A DNA stretch of 64,000 nucleotides from an uncultured Spirochaetota bacterium (GCA_963827275.1 CAWHAA010000004.1:576001-640000); one strand, 5' to 3'. Shown: positions 10,425-20,809, counted from the first letter of the stretch. Numbers and translations: made by a program. Notes: generated from the letters alone by a model not told the origin.

Positions 10425-10745
10425 TCCTCCGATACTACAGCGCCGAAGGATCCATGAATCCCGGAATGATTGTTGCCGGCAGGATAAGATTATCTCCGCC
10501 CAGTTTTTAAATCATGCCATTTGGTATGTAGCTGGTGCCAAATTCTGGCGTACCCGTTTTTGGCATTATGTCCCACGTTTTTCTATGTTACGTTATTTAT
10601 GTCATTTCCAGATGCACCCGCTATTGGCGAGACAATAAAACATGCAGTATGGTATATATTTTACATACCGTCTGGCTGGTTTGTGTTATTTCGTGCGGTA
10701 AAAAAGGTTCCAGCGTATGCTATCTTGTATTTTAAGGAGGGATTC

Positions 10746-11690
10746 ATGAAAAAGCTTATCGCATTTGTTATCGGTCTGACTGTCATGGCTGGTACTCTTC
10801 CGGTGCTTGCAGTAGGGGATACCTCTCCATGTAAAACAAAATACGCAATCGTCCTTGTCCATGGTGCGTTTTTCAAAGATGAAAACATGCTGGGGATCAA
10901 TTACTGGTGGGGAATTCCTGACGCCCTCGAAGATGAAGGCGCCACGGTGTATGTGACAAACCAGGACACCTTTAACGGGGTCGCTGAACGCGCGGCCGAG
11001 GTCGCCAATGAGCTGGGGCAGCTGTTCGCCCTCAACCCGACCTGGAAAAAGGTCAATCTCATCGCCCATTCACAGGGCCCGCTCGACTGCAGGTACCTGG
11101 TCTCCAACCTGAGCATCCCGGGGAAGGGCGCGGCGAAGAACTACGTGGCCTCAATAACGAGCATCAGCGGCACACACCGCGGATCAGAGGTGGCTGACGC
11201 CCTGTGGGCGCTCTATACCGGCATTCCCTACCTGGGGCCCGCGGTGGGCGATCTCATCGGCGCAGCGGTCGACGCTTTTGCCAGCGTGTTTTATTATAAT
11301 GAAGAAGACCAGAACTGCATGAAGCTCCTGTATCAGCTGACATCGAATTACGTCAAGAATACGTTCAACCCCGCAACGCCGAACGTAACGAGCCCTGCCA
11401 TATACTATCAATCGTGGGCAGGGAAGGTGAAATATATCGGGCTGCATGCGGATGATCTCATCGTCGGGCCGCTCTGGGCTCTCATGGTTGCAATGGGCGC
11501 GGGCCAGAACGACTGCCTGGTATCGGTGGAAAGCGCCAAGTGGGGCACCTTCAGGGGCGTACTTGACAGCACTGCTGACGGGGTAAATCACTTCAACGAA
11601 ATAAACCACTTCTTTGGCCTTACCCCCGGTTGGGACGCCAAGGATTTTTATATCGATGTGGTGAAAGAGTTAAAGAAAAAAGGCTATTGA
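10746..11690 (+). CDS. Secreted triacylglycerol lipase / alpha-beta hydrolase
   Basis: RBS AAGGAGG; signal peptide; TKYAIVLVHG oxyanion motif; nucleophile elbow AHSQG; HRGSEVAD; NDCLV; NHFNEINH. Confidence 0.88.
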   Translation: MKKLIAFVIGLTVMAGTLPVLAVGDTSPCKTKYAIVLVHGAFFKDENMLGINYWWGIPDALEDEGATVYVTNQDTFNGVAERAAEVANELGQLFALNPTWKKVNLIAHSQGPLDCRYLVSNLSIPGKGAAKNYVASITSISGTHRGSEVADALWALYTGIPYLGPAVGDLIGAAVDAFASVFYYNEEDQNCMKLLYQLTSNYVKNTFNPATPNVTSPAIYYQSWAGKVKYIGLHADDLIVGPLWALMVAMGAGQNDCLVSVESAKWGTFRGVLDSTADGVNHFNEINHFFGLTPGWDAKDFYIDVVKELKKKGY

Positions 11691-11734
11691 TGCGCGTCGC
11701 ATAGCAGGCGTCCCGGACCTGACCGGGACGTAAA

Positions 11735-11775
11735 CAAACAAGAAGGGAAACCGTCACGGTTTCCCTTCTTGTTTG
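11735..11775. terminator. Bidirectional intrinsic terminator
   Basis: caaacaagaagggaaaccg-tca-cggtttcccttcttgtttg between convergent genes. Confidence 0.75.
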
Positions 11776-11868
11776 AGTTCCCCCTCCCGCACGTACCCGC
11801 ATTGGTCATGATCGGGCGTATGTGAAGTATGCCCCTCCGGGTCATTATGAAAATATCAGTAGTGGCAA

Positions 11869-12141
11869 TCAGGCAGAAAAATAATCTTCCATGCCGAGCA
11901 TGGTGAATGTCTTTTCAACATGGGGTGAGACGAGAAAGGCGTATGCTATCCCGTGTTTTTTCAATTGTTCTTTGGTATATATCAGGAACCCTATGAAGGA
12001 TGAATTGATATCAACAGTGTCAGTCATATCAAAGACGATCTCTTTGTGCTTTTTGATTTTGATGAACAATTGCAGGTATTCAGGTACGTCAAAGATCTTG
12101 ATAATCTCGGGGAATCTCCATATATAGCGCTTCTTCATCAA
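11869..12141 (-). CDS. STAS domain protein (anti-sigma factor antagonist-like)
   Basis: FDMTDTVDINSSFIGFLI...VEKTFTMLGM; RBS GGAGGA. Confidence 0.7.
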   Translation of the reverse strand: MMKKRYIWRFPEIIKIFDVPEYLQLFIKIKKHKEIVFDMTDTVDINSSFIGFLIYTKEQLKKHGIAYAFLVSPHVEKTFTMLGMEDYFSA

Positions 12142-12752
12142 TCCTCCCTTTACAGCGATTCGGCCTATTCATATGGCGGCCATGAAACAGCGAAATGTCG
12201 CAATTAACAATATTTGTAAATATGCATGAAATTTGCCCATTTGTCTGGCACGTATCTGGCCTATCAAGAAAGCGCCATACTGCCGCCGGTTTGACCAGCC
12301 ACTATCTTATGAATTATACGATGGATAATATTAGGTACATCAGACATATGCCAGACAAATCTCGCAGAATATACGATATTAAATTAAGAATACCGTCTGG
12401 ACGGTAAATAAAAAATCCGTGCCAGCCTGTTTAAGTGACCTGCTCGAAGGATTTATAACATTAGTGTTGCAAGATGGCGGGAATTAGGCGGGCGCACATG
12501 AGCAGTAATGTCATGGGTGCCCGCCATTCTTTTTTATAATACCTATCATTTATACCACTACTCTGACCCCCCTTTCTGTTGCGGCGCATGCCCTGCGGCC
12601 CTTTGCTTCAAGGGCCTCGATTTTATCCCGATGCACGGGTCCGGCAGGAAAAAGTGGTTGCTGGGACATGGGCAAGACGATAGGGAATAGATTCATGCAT
12701 TCCTGGCGGCGAATGGAGTGTCTATGATCATGGGCGCCAGAGGGGGGTTGCT

Positions 12753-13136
12753 ATGGGAAAAAAGGGAATTATGTTGTGCGTCATGCTCTGTTTCTGCGCT
12801 AACGCTGCATGCGCTACCGGAAGCGGTATTGCAATCGTTCACAATGCCGGTGAATTGATAGGGCGGGAAGGGACACACGTCGTCATCGAAGGCAAGGTGG
12901 CGCAGGAGATATGGCAGCACATGATGGCGCCGACCAGCTCCAATCCGCATGAGACCTATTTTGACATGGGGAGGGGCCAGATCGTCATCTACACAAAGTC
13001 CCCGGTGGAATGTACCGGAACGGTCCGGGCCGCTGGAATGGTTGTCAAGATAGAGGGCGCATCCAAGAACCCGCGTCGCAAGGAAACCTGCACCGAGTAT
13101 CATGTCAGGGCCGATTCGTGGGAATGCTTCCGGTAA
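12753..13136 (+). CDS. Hypothetical exported protein
   Basis: 127-aa ORF with signal-peptide-like N-terminus and RBS-like GAGGGGG. Confidence 0.6.
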   Translation: MGKKGIMLCVMLCFCANAACATGSGIAIVHNAGELIGREGTHVVIEGKVAQEIWQHMMAPTSSNPHETYFDMGRGQIVIYTKSPVECTGTVRAAGMVVKIEGASKNPRRKETCTEYHVRADSWECFR

Positions 13137-13163
13137 TTGCGCCGCGGGGCCGGTAGCGGGAGA

Positions 13164-13706
13164 TTATTTCCCTCGTGCCCGTGAGGCCCGGAGCGCAAGC
13201 TGAACGGCAAGGGCTATAATGATCAGAATTGATGCCAGTGCGATCAGCCATTTTAAAAGTGATGTAAGCCCGGCAGCTATTACCAGTGTGTCTGTGAGGT
13301 TGAAGCGCCGGTCGATAATTTCTATCTCAAGGAAATTTTCCGCACAATCGAAAAAGGCCGCCACAAAGGGAAGGTAGACATATTTTGGCACGGCCGTGCT
13401 GTCTTGATAGCGCGACAGTTTTGTTTTAACAAAGAGCATCGTAAAAAAAAGGAACGCGCCGTACCAGAGCGGATGAAAAAAATCCAGATAAAAATGTTTT
13501 TTAAACGTTTCTATTCCCCCGTCCCCCCATGAATTCAATAGTGCGGCCATGCTTTCCCTGTTGAAGGTCAGCTGAAATGATATAACACTATCACTGCCGA
13601 TGGGAGAGAGGATCGACGTGATGGCCAGTTGTGAAAATATATATATAACACCGCTGATGATCATGGCATAAAATATTTTTCGCTCGGTGATCCGGATTTG
13701 TATCAT
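13164..13706 (-). CDS. Hypothetical membrane protein
   Basis: About 4 TM helices; YLDFFHPLWY and AAFFDCAEN motifs. Confidence 0.7.
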   Translation of the reverse strand: MIQIRITERKIFYAMIISGVIYIFSQLAITSILSPIGSDSVISFQLTFNRESMAALLNSWGDGGIETFKKHFYLDFFHPLWYGAFLFFTMLFVKTKLSRYQDSTAVPKYVYLPFVAAFFDCAENFLEIEIIDRRFNLTDTLVIAAGLTSLLKWLIALASILIIIALAVQLALRASRARGK

Positions 13707-13788
13707 GATGATGATTCCTCCTGATGAAATTCTATGTTGCTACGGTTTGACGGGATTGTCAACACAATAGAACATCATCATTGCCGGT

Positions 13789-13847
13789 ACCGATAACTAT
13801 CTGTCCGGGAATTACTCTGACCCCCGAATTCACCGATAACTATCGGT
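13789..13847. repeat. Dispersed A/B repeat cluster 3 (B-A-B, 43-bp period)
   Basis: accgataactatctgt at 13789, ctctgacccc at 13815, accgataactatcggt at 13832. Confidence 0.85.
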
Positions 13848-13988
13848 AAATTGCGCTATTTCCTGACATGAACAAACCTTAAATGAAAATGAAAAGCATA
13901 TAAACTGGACAAATAAAATATATTGAACATTATTTAAAAGTACTCCAGCATGGGGGAACAGCATTTATACTTGTTTGAGTATTAATTA

Positions 13989-14017
13989 TTGACACATTGT
14001 ATCTATTTTGGTATACA
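13989..14017 (+). promoter_or_regulatory. Candidate sigma70 promoter of the hybrid kinase
   Basis: TTGACA-17 nt-TATACA with an extended -10 TG. Confidence 0.5.
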
Positions 14018-14100
14018 TTATACATGGTTATGGGTTACCACATTTACTGTTGCACCCGGAATCATCCCGATTGCTACCCTCATTTAACTGAAGCAGGGTA

Positions 14101-16806
14101 GTGCAAAGCTTGAATATTTCATTCCCCATCATAAGCCTTATAATGCTTATTGCGACTGTATGTGCGCTCATACTCGCCCTGTATGCGTTCAGACATCGCA
14201 AGCTTTCTTCCGTCAGCATACCCTTTGGCTTCCTCATGGTTGCGATAGGTGTGTGGGCCTTTGGAGCTGCACTTGAAGCCGCAGTGGGAAATTTCAGCTA
14301 TAAAATAGTCTCCGCGAAGATTCAATATCCGGGAATTGTCGGTGTCCCCCTCCTCTGGTTCCTGGTGGCCATGGAATACAGCCACACGGTGAAGTGGATC
14401 ACCCGACGGCGGATTGTGATACTCTGGATCGTGCCCGGGATCACTGCACTGGCCGCCGTTACGAATGAGTTTCACTATCTCCTCTGGAGCGATATTTTCC
14501 CCGGTCCAGCGGTATCAGCAATGATAAGCAACGGGCCGATTCCTGTCTACGGGCACGGGATCCTGTTCTGGGTCTACTTTGCGTACAGTTATATATTGCT
14601 GCTTATCGCAACCTGTTTCATGATCAGGACGGCGCTCCGTTCCCGTGATCTGTATCGTTCCCAGGCGGCGGCGATGGTCACCGGCGTTGCCCTTCCCTGG
14701 ATCGGTAATATGGTGTATATCCTGGGCCTCTCTCCCGTCCAGGGCCTGGACCTGACGCCGATCGCGTTCCTGTTTTCCGGCATGGCCGTGGCATGGGCGG
14801 TACTCCGTTACCGTCTTCTGGACATCGTGCCGGTGGCGTGCGATGTGCTGATCAAGAACATGGCCGATCCGGTCATGGTGATTGACGCGAGGAACCGGAT
14901 CGCCGAGGTCAACCCGGCGGGCTGCTCGCTTCTCGGTACTGTCGTTGAATCGGCAATGGTCGGAGAGACCCTCGAAAACGTCCTGTCGTTCAGGCCATGG
15001 CTCAGGCTTACCCTGCCCGCAGACATGGACGCGGTGTCGCAGTCCGTGGTGCGCACCGACATGGACGCGCACGGCACGTACGACATGAGGGTCACCCCGC
15101 TGCGCGACAGCCATGGACGGCTGGTCGGTCGCCTTATCGTCCTCCATGACATCACCAAGCAGAAGCAGATAGAGGAGGAGATCCGGGCGTTGAACCTGAC
15201 GCTCGAGGACCGGGTCAAGCAGCGGACGGACATGCTCGAGCGCGAGATCGCCGAGCACCGGCAGGCGCGCGAGGACCTCCTGAAGAGCGAGGAGAAGTAC
15301 CGGGTCCTGGTTGAGGACATCAATGATATTATTTTCATGGCAGATACCCTCGGTTATTTTACTTACATAAATCCCGTGGTCGAGCAGATAGCCGGGTATC
15401 ATCCCGATGAAGTGATCGGGAGGCACTTCACTGATTTTGCCCACCCGGAGGAGCTGGTGCCGCTCGGGTCCGTGTTCACACGGGTCATGTCGGGCAAAAA
15501 CGTCCTGTACGAACTGTGCGCGATCGATAAAAAAGGGAACGTGCTGCACCTGCGGACGTCATGCAGGCCGATTACCGAGGAGGGCCGTATTGTCGGCCTG
15601 GTCGGCACCATGATCGATATCACGGAGAGGCGGAAAGCGGAAGAGGAGCGCCGGCGGCTTGAGCTGCAGCTCCAGCATACCCAGAAGCTCGAAAGCCTGG
15701 GGGTACTGGCGGGCGGGATCGCCCATGATTTCAACAACATACTCACCGGGATCCTCGGAAACGCGGACCTGGCGCTCATGAAGCTCACCCCTGAATCGCC
15801 CGTGTGGATGAACATCAAGGACATCTTGCAGGGATCATACAACGCGTCCGAGCTCTGCCGGCAGATGCTCGCCTATTCCGGAAAGGGCAGGTTCGAGCTC
15901 AGGCCGATCGATATCCGCGAGTCGGTGCGCGAGATCGTCCACCTGCTGGAGGCCTCGATATCGAAAAATGTAGCACTGCGTATCGAATTCCCCGATCATC
16001 TTCCCGCGATTTACGGTGACGCAGTGCAGGTGCGCCAGGTAATCATGAACCTTGTAATGAACGCGTCCGAGGCCATCGGCGAGGAGCCGGGAGCCATCAT
16101 CCTGTCCGCCGGGACCGAACACTGTACGCGCGGGTTTCTCGCCGCGACCTATCTCGATGACAATCTGGCTGAAGGAGATTATGTGTTCCTCGAAGTGAGC
16201 GATACCGGCTGCGGCATGGATGAGACTACCAGGACGCGTATGTTCGAGCCTTTTTTCACAACGAAATTCACCGGCAGGGGCCTGGGGCTCGCCGCGGTCC
16301 TTGGCATCGTGCGAGGGCACCGCGGTGCGATAAAGATCAGCAGCGAACCGGGGAAGGGCTCGGTATTCAGGGTGGTCTTCCCGGTATCCGACCTCGCGCA
16401 TGCACCGGCCGGGGTCAGGCAGGACCGGGAAGGGCACTGGCGCGGGAACGGGACCCTTCTCCTGGTTGACGACGAGGATTCTGTCCTCTCGGTGGGGAGG
16501 CGCATGCTCGAGGAGCTCGGGTTCAGGGTGCTCACCGCTTCGAACGGGCGTGAGGCGGTCAATGTGTTCACCGAAGAAAAAGGATCTATACAATGCGTGA
16601 TTCTTGACCTGACAATGCCGCAGATGAACGGCGTTGAGACGTTCCGGGAGCTGAAACGCATCATGCCCGATGCATGCGTGGTCATTTCAAGCGGCTACAG
16701 TGAGAATGAAATATCCGAACGATTTACCGGGCATCGTATCTCGGGGTACGTGCAGAAGCCCTACCGGCTCAAGGATCTCGCCGCCATTCTCAAGGAGCTT
16801 GTCTGA
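14101..16806 (+). CDS. Hybrid sensor histidine kinase (N-terminal 7TM, two PAS, HisKA, HATPase, receiver)
   Basis: GGIAHDFNNIL, QVIMNLVMNASEA, DTGCGM, PFFTTKFTGRGLGL, LLVDDE...DLTMPQMNG...KPY. Confidence 0.92.
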   Translation: MQSLNISFPIISLIMLIATVCALILALYAFRHRKLSSVSIPFGFLMVAIGVWAFGAALEAAVGNFSYKIVSAKIQYPGIVGVPLLWFLVAMEYSHTVKWITRRRIVILWIVPGITALAAVTNEFHYLLWSDIFPGPAVSAMISNGPIPVYGHGILFWVYFAYSYILLLIATCFMIRTALRSRDLYRSQAAAMVTGVALPWIGNMVYILGLSPVQGLDLTPIAFLFSGMAVAWAVLRYRLLDIVPVACDVLIKNMADPVMVIDARNRIAEVNPAGCSLLGTVVESAMVGETLENVLSFRPWLRLTLPADMDAVSQSVVRTDMDAHGTYDMRVTPLRDSHGRLVGRLIVLHDITKQKQIEEEIRALNLTLEDRVKQRTDMLEREIAEHRQAREDLLKSEEKYRVLVEDINDIIFMADTLGYFTYINPVVEQIAGYHPDEVIGRHFTDFAHPEELVPLGSVFTRVMSGKNVLYELCAIDKKGNVLHLRTSCRPITEEGRIVGLVGTMIDITERRKAEEERRRLELQLQHTQKLESLGVLAGGIAHDFNNILTGILGNADLALMKLTPESPVWMNIKDILQGSYNASELCRQMLAYSGKGRFELRPIDIRESVREIVHLLEASISKNVALRIEFPDHLPAIYGDAVQVRQVIMNLVMNASEAIGEEPGAIILSAGTEHCTRGFLAATYLDDNLAEGDYVFLEVSDTGCGMDETTRTRMFEPFFTTKFTGRGLGLAAVLGIVRGHRGAIKISSEPGKGSVFRVVFPVSDLAHAPAGVRQDREGHWRGNGTLLLVDDEDSVLSVGRRMLEELGFRVLTASNGREAVNVFTEEKGSIQCVILDLTMPQMNGVETFRELKRIMPDACVVISSGYSENEISERFTGHRISGYVQKPYRLKDLAAILKELV

Positions 16807-17403
16807 TTATGGTCTTGTGGCCGTCGTCGGCGCGCCGGCCCTTCCCGACGGTCCGGCATCTCCTGCACGGTCCGACCTGTGTACTGACGGGGGCTCTCCC
16901 TTCTCGATCTCGGCCCACCCGCGCGCGATGATCGACGCGGCCATCGCGGAGCGCCATATCTCCGATTTGTCCGGGTATTTCAGCCTGAGCATGGCTGATA
17001 GCACCATGATCTCCATGAGCCGCAGGGTGTGGTTCCGTCCGGCGATTGTGAACTCGAGCACGGTGTCGTACCGCCGTTTCATCGGTATGATGAACGAGGT
17101 GCCCAGGTCCCAATCCAGTTCGCACACCTCCACGATATTGCTGGTCGGATTTCTGTTAACTTTCACCGCGCCGCGCGAGAAGATGAGCTTCCTCCCGCGG
17201 AGTCCGAGCTTCAGGACAGCGCGGTAGATGAAATCGATCAGTCCGAGCGGCACCCCCTGCGTGAAGTAACAGGCCCCTTTTACCCGGATGAGGCGCTTCA
17301 CTTTTTTCACCACGCGTTTTCTCTCAAGCTGCGGGACGAGGATGTATCGCTCGGTATCATCGATCCATGTGATGGAAACAGTTTTTGAATTGCGTTTCTT
17401 CAT
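16807..17403 (-). CDS. Hypothetical basic protein
   Basis: 198-aa ORF filling the gap between the kinase and LysE genes; no family recognised. Confidence 0.55.
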   Translation of the reverse strand: MKKRNSKTVSITWIDDTERYILVPQLERKRVVKKVKRLIRVKGACYFTQGVPLGLIDFIYRAVLKLGLRGRKLIFSRGAVKVNRNPTSNIVEVCELDWDLGTSFIIPMKRRYDTVLEFTIAGRNHTLRLMEIMVLSAMLRLKYPDKSEIWRSAMAASIIARGWAEIEKGEPPSVHRSDRAGDAGPSGRAGAPTTATRP

Positions 17404-17540
17404 ACTTTTGTTGTCGCGGAGGTGCGTGGCGCGTCATCACCCTTGCGGTCTTTATCAGGGTGCCGAGTAAAGGTAAAAGAAGCAATAAAAAAATACTTCC
17501 CAAAAATCTTTTCGTGCCATTAATTGAGCATGGAAAGACC

Positions 17541-18164
17541 ATGGACCCATCATTCCTCAAATTTCTGGCGACAGCCGCGTTCATATCGCTCTCCGGTGTA
17601 ATGGCGCCGGGCCCGCTCCTGGCTATGACAGTGGGAAAAGGGAGCGAATCACCGCATGCCGGCGTACTTATCGCGCTGGGCCACGCCGTGGTGGAATTCC
17701 CGCTCATGACCGCGATCTTCCTCGGGTTTGGCTGCCTGTTCAGCCTCCCCTATGTCAGGGAATCAATCGGTATGGCGGGCGGCCTGATCCTGCTGGTGAT
17801 GGCGGTCGGCATGTTCAGGAGCATCAATGGCGATGTGGCCGCCGGCCGGCTGGATCGACGATCGCCGATGATGACGGGTATGGTGCTGTCTGCGGCAAAC
17901 CCTTATTTCCTGGTCTGGTGGGCGACCGTGGGAGCGACCCTGGTGATGCAGGCAGCCGGCTTCGGTACCGCGGGGCTGGTGATTTTCATGATTGTGCACT
18001 GGCTCTGCGACCTGGGCTGGACCTGGTTCATGTCCGCACTCTCCTATCGGGGCGGCCGGTTTTTCGGGAAGAACTATCAGAAAGCGGTGTTCGGCGCCAG
18101 CGGAGCGCTTCTCGTCGTCTTCGGCGGGAAATTCATATATGATGCGGCCGTGACGCTGTTTTGA
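17541..18164 (+). CDS. LysE family transporter
   Basis: SLSGVMAPGPL, GHAVVE, NPYFLVWW motifs. Confidence 0.85.
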   Translation: MDPSFLKFLATAAFISLSGVMAPGPLLAMTVGKGSESPHAGVLIALGHAVVEFPLMTAIFLGFGCLFSLPYVRESIGMAGGLILLVMAVGMFRSINGDVAAGRLDRRSPMMTGMVLSAANPYFLVWWATVGATLVMQAAGFGTAGLVIFMIVHWLCDLGWTWFMSALSYRGGRFFGKNYQKAVFGASGALLVVFGGKFIYDAAVTLF

Positions 18165-18347
18165 ATGTCACCGATCTCCTTTGCCGGATATCGGTCGGGC
18201 CGCGGGTTTTCCCCGCGCGGAGCCTGAAGGGCCTTTCTCGCGTTTAAAAGTCGTCCATCAGGCAACGGAAACTTCCTGTTTTTCCGCAAAGATCTAATTT
18301 TTCTTGCATAATTTATACACTCTTCTAAAAATAGCTCCTTAAATGCC

Positions 18348-19436
18348 ATGTCAATTATCGATCTGATCATCATATTCGCCACGGGTCTATCCATGGTGAT
18401 GGCACTCGGGCTTATCGTGCGGCCGCTCTATTTCCGCAACGTGGTCCTTGCCATCATCCTTGCCCTGATGGGGTTCGTTACCTTCTCGATCTACCTGCTC
18501 TATTCGCAGAAGGTATACGATTATCCCATCCTCTTTTTCTTTCAGGTGCCCGCGTACCTGTGCCTGGGGCCGCTTCTCTATTTTTACGTGGAGAGCCTTA
18601 CCGGGGACAAGGACCATCTCAAGAAAAATGATATTCTGCATTTTATCCCGCTCCTCGTGGTGACGCTGTATCTGCTCTCGTATTTTTTGTATAATTCGAA
18701 TGTCCAGAGGGAGATCGTCTATGAACTGATCAACCAGAACAAGCATATCATGCTCCGGGTGATATTTACCGCCAGCGTGTTTTCTCCGGTCATATATATT
18801 GCCGCGCCAATGGTCCGTATCGTCCTGCAGATGAAGAAGGGGAATCCTTCGGAGAAGAAGATCGTGCTGCTCCTGTCGTCTCTCATCTTCTGGGTCATAA
18901 CGGGCATCGTGGGCATTGCCGGGAACATCGCCCTTTCCCTGTCAGCCCTCAAGGCGATAAGCCTTATGGTCAGCATGGTGATCTTATGCTTTTATCTACT
19001 GAGCCAGCGGTATCCCTATTTCATGCAGTACGGGACCGTCCATGTAAGCAACGAATCATATTCCAAGTCGCATCTTAACGGGATGAATCTCGATAACCTT
19101 GCCAGCCAGCTGACAGGCATGATGGTCAAGGAGAAATTATACTGCGATGAAGATATTACATTGCCGCGCCTCAGTCAGGCGCTGGGGATAACGCCGCACC
19201 AGCTGTCGCAGTTTCTCAATCAGCACTATAGCAAGAATTTTAACAGCTTCGTCAACGGGTATAGAATTGAAGATGCTAAAAAACTGCTGGTAGATGAGCC
19301 GGACCGGAATACGTTGTCAATCGCCCTTGCGGTAGGATTTAATTCCTATTCGGCCTTCCATTCGGCCTTCAGGAAGGCAAGCGGCATTTCACCGGCGGAA
19401 TATCGAAAGAAGAATACTGGCGGGACAGGTAAATAG
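18348..19436 (+). CDS. Membrane-anchored AraC family transcriptional regulator
   Basis: Multiple N-terminal TM helices; LYCDEDITL..LS..LGITPHQLSQFLN...LSIALAVGFNSYSAFHSAFRK. Confidence 0.88.
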   Translation: MSIIDLIIIFATGLSMVMALGLIVRPLYFRNVVLAIILALMGFVTFSIYLLYSQKVYDYPILFFFQVPAYLCLGPLLYFYVESLTGDKDHLKKNDILHFIPLLVVTLYLLSYFLYNSNVQREIVYELINQNKHIMLRVIFTASVFSPVIYIAAPMVRIVLQMKKGNPSEKKIVLLLSSLIFWVITGIVGIAGNIALSLSALKAISLMVSMVILCFYLLSQRYPYFMQYGTVHVSNESYSKSHLNGMNLDNLASQLTGMMVKEKLYCDEDITLPRLSQALGITPHQLSQFLNQHYSKNFNSFVNGYRIEDAKKLLVDEPDRNTLSIALAVGFNSYSAFHSAFRKASGISPAEYRKKNTGGTGK

Positions 19437-19535
19437 GATTATAAAATATATATAATCATGTTTTTGTATCAGTATTTGCCATGCCATGGTCTTTATTCTC
19501 TTGTTTCTCCCACCCTTTTCCCCATTCTGTTGCAG

Positions 19536-19593
19536 ATTTATAAATCAGAAACACTAAATTGTTCCATATTTATAACCTCACGAGACTAAATTG
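19536..19593 (+). promoter_or_regulatory. 32-bp-period direct repeat, candidate AraC operator
   Basis: atttataa-N9-actaaattg at 19536 and 19568. Confidence 0.45.
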
Positions 19594-19786
19594 CCGCTAT
19601 CTGTTATGTTCTTTTTTAAATTAGCCTTTTTAAAGCTGTGTATTTTAGGCAAATCCTCCTAAAATATGTTTAATCACTATTTCAGCTTATATGTCAGGAG
19701 TTATCCCGGCATATTTAAGGTAATACTTCTAGACGGGCTGGCGCAATGTCAGCCCTTTTTTTTTCTTTGCTGTATTCTTATCATTT

Positions 19787-20033
19787 TTACTCTGACCCTC
19801 TTTCCTCACCATTCTCCATCGCCATTTTACTCTGACCCCGGTGTATATAACTGAATCGTAATGCCTGATAGTTATCGGTACATTCTGATCTACATTTGCT
19901 CTGACACCATTCATTCAATTGTCTGTCACCATACTTCTATTGTGGAGATAGTTATCGGTATCATAGCATGCAGGGGTCAGAGCAAAAGAGAGATAGTTAT
20001 CGGTAATCCATGTATAAAGTTACTCTGACCCCC
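19787..20033. repeat. Dispersed A/B repeat cluster 4 (degenerate, mixed orientation)
   Basis: ctctgaccc-like at 19790, 19830, 19899 and 20023; inverted ggggtcagag at 19973; gatagttatcggt at 19867, 19947 and 19992. Confidence 0.8.
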
Positions 20034-20107
20034 GGCCTTTTTGACGATTTTTATTCTTGACAATATAGTCTGGTCTAATAAGTAGGTTCCCTGTGCACCA
20101 CGCAGAA

Positions 20108-20192
20108 GCCCAGGTGGTGGAATTTGGTAGACACGCATGGTTGAGGGCCATGTGGGAGTAATCCTGTGCGGGTTCAAGTCCCGCCCTGGGCA
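20108..20192 (+). tRNA. tRNA-Leu(GAG)
   Basis: gcccagg acceptor stem, catgg-tt-GAG-gg-ccatg anticodon arm, long variable arm, ggttcaagtc T-loop; followed by the hairpin agcccc..ggggctttt. Confidence 0.95.
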
Positions 20193-20296
20193 CATCAGAA
20201 GAGCCCCGTTGCTGGGGCTTTTTGGATTTTTATCTCTCAGTCGAAAAATCGTACCTGCGGGAAGGGGCCCGCAGTGATCATTCATAAAAAAGGGGA

Positions 20297-20809
20297 ATGA
20301 CAGTGGCAATAGAGCAGACACTTGTGATTATCAAACCTGACGGGCTGGTCAAATCGCTGACCGGCAATATCCTGTCCCGGCTCTCTGAGACGAAGCTGGT
20401 CATAATAGGCTCCAAGGTGGTGAAGGTAACGGAACAGCTCGCCAGGGAGCACTACAAGCACTTAAGCGATAAACCGTTTTTCGGTGAGCTGGTGGAGTAC
20501 ATCATGGGCGATGTGCATAACACCCACCGTGTCATGGCGCTTATATACCAGGGAGAGGACGCCATAGCAAAGGTGCGCGAGATTGTCGGAGACACCAACC
20601 CGGAAAAGGCAAACCCGGTATCGATACGCGGCGCCTATGGCCGGATCACAACCACCGGCGTGTTCGAAAACGTGGTCCACGCCTCTTCCAGCACCGAGGA
20701 CGCGGAACATGAGATCAAGCTCTGGTTCAAGCCCGAGGAAGTGGTTGGCGATATTTACCCGACAAAAAAAGTAGAAAGAGCAACGGTCATCGAAAAAGAC
20801 TGGGCCTAG
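20297..20809 (+). CDS. ndk: Nucleoside-diphosphate kinase
   Basis: EQTLVIIKPDG, GDTNPEKA..SIRG, ENVVHASSS. Confidence 0.93.
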   Translation: MTVAIEQTLVIIKPDGLVKSLTGNILSRLSETKLVIIGSKVVKVTEQLAREHYKHLSDKPFFGELVEYIMGDVHNTHRVMALIYQGEDAIAKVREIVGDTNPEKANPVSIRGAYGRITTTGVFENVVHASSSTEDAEHEIKLWFKPEEVVGDIYPTKKVERATVIEKDWA

